Shown here piece after piece: positions 7,866 to 13,372 of a DNA stretch of 13,372 nucleotides; positions within the stretch are counted from its first letter, which is position 1; each line of letters opens with the position of its first letter. The stretch covers positions 1 through 13,372 of the forward strand of contig NW_021826157.1 in NCBI RefSeq assembly GCF_006345805.1, written 5' to 3'. A program made the position numbers and the translations under genes. The notes under the pieces are model-generated. The model worked only from the letters and a program-made list of their open reading frames with translations. It made no database searches and was not told the DNA's origin. This DNA comes from Octopus sinensis (Eukaryota).

Positions 7866-8436
7866 GCAAAGGCCAGCATATGTCCGAATAACTTGTTAAA
7901 GAAAGCAAAACAAAATAATAAATTAAAAAATTGCGAATTATAGATAATTGTTTTACAAAATTGGACTTCCTAGTTTTTCTTGTTTGTGAGTTATTAGTGC
8001 AGGGACTTAAAAAATTAATGAATTAATTAATCAAGCAAATAGGACAAAAGCAGAGGGATCTAGATTTTTGGTAATGAAATATATATATATACATATGTTA
8101 CATAGGAAGAAGGGAATAACGGTATTGGTAAACAGCAGACGACAGGAGCAGCCATGACAGTATAATCTTATTTAACAAGCTGCATCAGTAATCTTAGCAA
8201 TAAAATATTATCTAAGAAACTAAAATCTTATTTTAATGATATTAAGGTCTTAATAAAATATAGAGGAGGCATGGAAACTCAGTGATTGGGGAGTGTCCGT
8301 AAGTGAAGGTTTGTCTAAGTAATCGTATAAGAGACTTGTTTCATGAATGAATTTTGATTGTATGAAAATAAGGTTTTCGAAATGATATCATTATTTTCTG
8401 TTTGCTTCTGTTTCTTCCCCTCTTACACCCTTCTTC

Positions 8437-8487
8437 CATCCATCCATCCATCCATCCATCCATCCATCCATCCATCATCCATCCATC

Positions 8488-8564
<77 letters not shown>
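8437..8564. repeat. (CATC)n followed by (TATC)n microsatellite
   Basis: Read directly from the sequence. Confidence 0.95.
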
Positions 8565-8605
8565 CTTCTATAAATTTCCCTAGTTCTTTCATTCTCATTA
8601 CCACG

Positions 8606-8607
<2 letters not shown>

Positions 8608-8693
<86 letters not shown>

Positions 8694-8694
8694 C

Positions 8695-8750
<56 letters not shown>

Positions 8751-8945
8751 TTGGGCTATACGAGTATTTTAATAAACAGCATCTTCTCTATATCATTGGT
8801 TTCAGATACAACAACAACAACAACAACCACAACAACAATAAGAACGGCGAAATAACTACAACAATAACAACATCAGTAATAGAAACCTGCAGGTGATTTG
8901 TGGGAAAAGAAGTTCAGTGGCACAGATGATAATTGTAAAATTAAA

Positions 8946-9001
<56 letters not shown>

Positions 9002-9070
9002 TAACAATAACAACAGAAATAGCATGAATACAATAACGACGGCAACCATCATTATCATCATCATCATCAC

Positions 9071-9116
<46 letters not shown>

Positions 9117-9195
9117 GTTGTTGTTGTTGTTGTTGTTTGTTGTTGTGTTGTTGTTGTTGTTGTTGTTGTTGTTGTAGTTGTTGTTGTTGTTATTG
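8608..9195. repeat. Trinucleotide repeat cluster: (ATT/ATC)n, (AAC)n, (AAT)n, (ATC/ATT)n, (GTT)n
   Basis: Read directly from the sequence. It produces the poly-Y/N/I/V/L pseudo-ORFs. Confidence 0.95.
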
Positions 9196-9835
9196 TGACT
9201 GGGTTTTACTCCCTTCAAGTTATCTTGAGGACGACCTAGAACTAGCTTAGTTTTAGAATGGAGTCTTTACCAAAGAATGGTTCCCCTTTTCCTTATTTTT
9301 TCTCACCTTCTTTTCATTACGTATATATATATTTTTCATTATATATATACATGTATATACACACACACACGCGCACATACATACACACACACACACACAT
9401 ATATTTCATTAGCCACCTCAATACACGCCCTCTACCTTCATCCATCCCCCCTCACCTTCAACCGTCCTCACCTCACCCCCTTTAGCACCACTCAATCTCT
9501 GTGTAATGGTATCATTCCACTTACGAAAATAATTACGTACTACGCCCATTGCTTTCCAATAATGGATGAATCATTTTAGAACCACTGTGATGGTGTTGGC
9601 GGTGGTGCGGTGGCAGTGATGTGGTGGCGGTGATGCAGTGTCGGTCGTTTAGGTGATCGTGTTGGTGGTGTTGGTGTTTGACTGAGTTTTTGGCAGTGTT
9701 GGGGTGATAGTGTTAGTGATCGTGTTGGTGGTGATAGTGTTGGCTGTGGTATGTTGCTGGTGATAACGTTGATAATGTTGATTTTTATTGATGATAATGT
9801 TGGTACTAATAGTGTTGGGTGGTGCGGTGTTATTG

Positions 9836-10160
9836 GTGATAATGTTGGTGGTGATAATGTTCATAGTGATAATGTTCGTAGTGACAGTGTTGGTGGTGAT
9901 AATGTTCGTAGTGATAATGTTCATAGTGATAATGTTCATAGTGATAATGTTCATAGTAATAATGTTCAGTCATAATGTTCATAGTAATAATGTTCATAGT
10001 AATAATGTTCATAGTCATAATGTTCGTAGTGATAATGTTGGTGGTGATAAAATTCATTGTGATAATATTCGTAGTGATAATGTTCGTAGTGATAGTATTG
10101 GTGGTGATAATGTTGGTGGTGATAGTGTTGGTGGTGATAATGTTCGTAGTGATAGTGTTG
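9836..10160. repeat. 15-bp minisatellite GTGATAATGTT(CATA/CGTA/GGTG) within a GT-rich low-complexity tract (~9585-10230)
   Basis: About 20 tandem 15-nt units. The 5-aa periodicity of the ORF translations (SDNVH, YEHYH) reflects it. Confidence 0.9.
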
Positions 10161-10318
10161 GGTTGCCTTAGTGTTGGTGATGCTGTGTTGGCGATAGTGT
10201 AAGCTGTGGTATGCTGGTGGTGATAATGTTGGGTTTAGTTTCCACGAAAAAGCGGTCAAATGAATTTATAAGCATCTGTCTGTCTGTCTGACTGGCTGTC
10301 TGCCTGCATGCCTGCCTG

Positions 10319-10400
<82 letters not shown>
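10319..10400. repeat. (TCTA)n microsatellite abutting the LINE 5' junction
   Basis: Read directly from the sequence. Confidence 0.95.
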
Positions 10401-11120
10401 GCGAATGGCACCGCGAGTGTCGCGTTGCTCTCAAGCAACTCTGCCGTCCTGGGTCGACCTTGAGTGACTTCAACACAACCAGAGCATTCTATAGGGGTTT
10501 AGTGGAGGGGAGGTACGACGACGAGCTCGGGGCGAACCTGGACGTCGACGAGGAGTACCTGACCCGCCTGTTCAGGACGACTTTCGGGCCAGGGCCCATG
10601 GACAACTTCCAGAGATCCCTGGCCTGGCAGTGCTACCGAGAAGCGCTACCCGTTCGGGATAAGCTCTACAGACACGGCTCAAGAAACACGGGGCCGACCT
10701 GCCCGAGATGCGGTCAGAGCGACGAAACCGTTCTGCACGCACTCGTGCAGTGTCCAACAATTTCCGACCTGTGGGCTTATGTCGAACAACTGCTGTCACG
10801 TGTGGGACGAGTCGGTTTATCAGCTGAGTCTATCGTCAATATTGTCACGCCTCCCTCCTTCAAACGGGAAGGAAGAGCTATTTTCATCATCCTTGTGGCT
10901 ATGGCGAAAGAATGTATCTGGTGGACGCGTCTGAAAGGATTGGAGACAAACACTTTCCTCTCTGGTCAATCTCTCATCAACTTCTTCAAGTACCACTTGA
11001 AAAGGAAAGTGAGAGTAGAGAGGCAAGTTTTGTCTAGCGAATGTTTTAAAAAAAGATGGGTGAATGTAGCAAGAATGGCACGTATGAATGACGAAGCCAC
11101 CTTTGAGCATGATCCTATGA
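10400..11120 (+). pseudogene. Truncated LINE ORF2 fragment (zf-RVT region only; no EN or RT domain)
   Basis: The frame is open from 10400 with no true start codon. Comparison with copy 2 (GAA GCC ACC TTG AGC ATA ATC CTA TGA) suggests a 1-T insertion at ~11102-11104 in copy 1, so the ancestral stop is probably TGA 11118-11120 rather than 11183-11185. Confidence 0.75.
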
Positions 11121-11498
11121 ACCCAGAAATTGAAAACAGAGAGTTGCTTATTCGCAAAAAAAAAAAAAAGAAATATAACATGTGACTCCATTGACCGAGG
11201 TTACCGTGGTCTTTTCCGTAGGCTTTTCTCTCCACGGGTAAACCTCACCTGTCCTCCCCTTTACACTTCATATTGACATTTCTGTGATAACGATCCCTAT
11301 TGATCAATTTTTTTTTTTTTTTCCTCTTCCCCTTTTTTTAACCCCCCTTTTTTTTGTCCTCTTTCTCTCCTTCTACGATCCCTTTTGATCGAAACTCCCC
11401 CTTCTTTTTTTTTCTTTTTTTTTTAAACCTTCAAAAGAAAAGCTCTACCTTGTAATTTGTTCTATCTGTGTGCAGCCCTGTGTGGCTAATAAAGAAAC
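10401..11498 (+). mobile_element. 5'-truncated non-LTR retrotransposon, L1/Tx1 clade (ORF2 C-terminus + 3' UTR), copy 1
   Basis: GC-rich block with an open frame from the junction, including LAWQCYREALPVRDKL and CPRCGQSDETVLHALVQCP (C-x2-C-x8-H-x4-C zf-RVT knuckle) followed by AKECIWWTR. These are typical of the L1/Tx1 ORF2 C-terminus. A T-rich 3' UTR ends in AATAAAGAAAC. Confidence 0.88.
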
Positions 11499-11515
11499 AT
11501 ATCTATCTATCTGTC

Positions 11516-12036
11516 TGTCTAGCGAACGTTTTAAAAAAAGATGGGTGAATGTAGCAAGGATGGCACGTATGAATGACGAAGCCACCTTGAGCATAATCCT
11601 ATGAACCCAGAAATTGAAAACAGAGGGTTACCCACTTGCAAACAAATGTGGTAACATATAACAATATTGACCAAGGTTACCGTGGTCTTTTTCGTAGGCT
11701 TTTCTTCCCCCGGATAAACCTTACTTGCTTTCCCCTTTACACCATACATCATAACACTGTGATACACGATCCCTATTGATCGTTTTTTTTCCTCTCCCCC
11801 TTTTTTCCTCTTTTTTCTTCTTTTTTCATTTTTCTTTTCTTTTCTTCCCTTTTTTCTTTTCCTTTTTTTTCTTTTTTTCTTTTTTTCTTTTCCTTTTTTT
11901 TTGTTCTTTTTTCCCTTTTACGATCCGTTTTGATCGAAAACCTACACCACCTATTTTTTTTTTCTCCCCCAAAAGAAAAGCTCTACCTTGTAACTTGTCC
12001 CATCTGTGTGCAGCCCTGTGTGGCCAATAAAGAAAC
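11516..12036 (+). mobile_element. Second, more truncated copy of the same L1/Tx1-clade LINE (last ORF2 codons + 3' UTR)
   Basis: Colinear with 11031-11498 and has the same AATAAAGAAAC end followed by TATCTATCT. The UTR is diverged in its poly-T tracts. Confidence 0.9.
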
Positions 12037-12733
12037 TTATCTATCTTTCCTTTCTCCCTCTGCCTGCTTGATTGTCGACTTCTCATATTCTCTCTCCTCT
12101 TTTCATAATGTTGGTAGTGTTGGTTTTATTGACGATAATGTTGATACTGATAATGTTGGGTGGTGCGGTGCTATTGGTGATAGTGTCGGTGGTGTTGTGT
12201 TTGTATGTGTGGGGTTGGTGATTATCTTATCGGAGGGGTGGTGTAATGTTGGTGTTCGTGGTACGGATGTCGTTGGTGGTGATGTGGTTGATGCCGGTGG
12301 GGGTCGGGTTTGTTGGTGGCTGTGATGATGATGATGATGATGTTGGTGGTAGCTATAGTGGTGATGGTAGTGATTGTGATGCTGGTAATGAGGGTTGTGA
12401 TATTAATGATGATGGTGATAGTGATGGTGGTGATGATGGCGGTGGTGGTGGTCGAAACAATTCTCTTATTCGAAGGGAATTTATCCTTGGGGGAGAGAAC
12501 GGGAAGATGAGGTGAATAATTATAATTACTGTTGAATAAAGTTTAGAATACGTCACAGCAAACAATAAAAAAAAACTAGCAAGAGAAAAAAACCCCCTCA
12601 AAACTACACGTTTGTCTGTCTGCCTGCCTGCCTATCTGCCTGTCTGCCTATCTGTCTGTCTGTCTGTCTATCTATCTAGCTCTTTTTCCTCTCTCCCTCT
12701 GCCTGCCTGCTTGTCGATTTCTCGTACTCTCCT

Positions 12734-12788
12734 CCTTTTCTCTCCCTTCCTTTTCTCTCCCTTCCTTTTCTCTCCCTTCCTTTTCTCT
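12734..12788. repeat. ~3 x 15-bp pyrimidine repeat CCTTTTCTCTCCCTT
   Basis: Read directly from the sequence. Confidence 0.8.
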
Positions 12789-12860
12789 TTATGCATATAT
12801 ATATATATATATATGCATACACACACACACACACACACATAATATATATATATATATATA

Positions 12861-13048
12861 CTCTTTTCTCTCTTTTCCTTGTTTCAGCCATTTTGACTGC
12901 GGCCATGCTGGAGCACCGCCTTCAGTCGAGCAAATCGACCCCGGGACTTATTCTTTTGTAAGCCCAGTACTTATTCTATCGGTCTCTTTTGCCGAACCGC
13001 TAGGTGACGGGGACGTAAACACACCAGCATCGGCCGCCAAGCAATGCC
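12861..13048 (-). mobile_element. 3' portion of SINE family C
   Basis: Reverse complement of ~3395-3580 (GATGCTGGTGTGTTTA...GCGGTTCGGCAAAAGAGACCGATAGAATAAGTACT...GGCGGTGCTCCAGCATGGCCGCAGTCAAA). Confidence 0.88.
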
Positions 13049-13073
13049 AATATATACATATTATATATGTGCA

Positions 13074-13089
13074 TCTATCTATCTATCTG

Positions 13090-13137
<48 letters not shown>
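13074..13137. repeat. (TATC)n microsatellite
   Basis: Read directly from the sequence. Confidence 0.95.
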
Positions 13138-13138
<1 letters not shown>

Positions 13139-13372
13139 TCCCTCTTTCCTTCTGTCTGCTTGCCTATCCCTTTCTCTTACTTTCTCTTCGTCCTTTCTCT
13201 CCACCTCTCTTTTGCTTTATACATATACATATAAGCGTGTGTGTATATATACACACAGACGTCTTCAGATAGAAGCGTGTGTCGATAGTTAGCCACATAC
13301 TCAAACATATTTGTGCTCTATGTGGACGTATACGAACAAATATAAGTGGATATAAACATACATACACATACA

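Noticed and set aside
9649-10259. His/Tyr-rich or SDNVH-repeat protein
   Set aside because: A 15-bp minisatellite open in several frames on both strands, with no splice signals or codon-position bias that I could identify.
10460-11185. 241-aa ORF as a host gene with a Lys-rich NLS-like tail
   Set aside because: It is a truncated LINE ORF2 with a TTG pseudo-start. The tail comes from a probable 1-nt frameshift reading into an A-run of the 3' UTR.

Overview
AT-rich, microsatellite-dense eukaryotic genomic DNA. The repeat repertoire resembles octopus/cephalopod DNA, which is inferred from recalled SINE sequences and not verified. The only host coding sequence I can support is one minus-strand internal exon (996-1125) encoding the first zinc finger and the start of the second of a PRDM14 orthologue, so most of the window is probably intron. 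The rest is mobile DNA: a probable Helitron 3' end, a ~155-bp near-perfect palindrome, a type I hammerhead ribozyme of the Penelope/retrozyme kind (1840-1927, +), several tRNA-derived SINEs (three with clear TSDs, one dimer, one chimera), a Tc1/mariner-type MITE carrying a captured SINE fragment, and two tandem 5'-truncated L1/Tx1-clade LINE copies inside a (TCTA)n tract. The most notable signals are the hammerhead with an unusually long stem II, the apparent (TATC)n targeting by the Tx1-like LINE (with an empty paralogous site nearby), and a 41-nt 3' tail shared by that LINE and one SINE family, suggesting a SINE-Tx1 partnership. Nearly all ORFs in the supplied track are microsatellite artefacts. 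SINE family labels A/B/C are my own working names.
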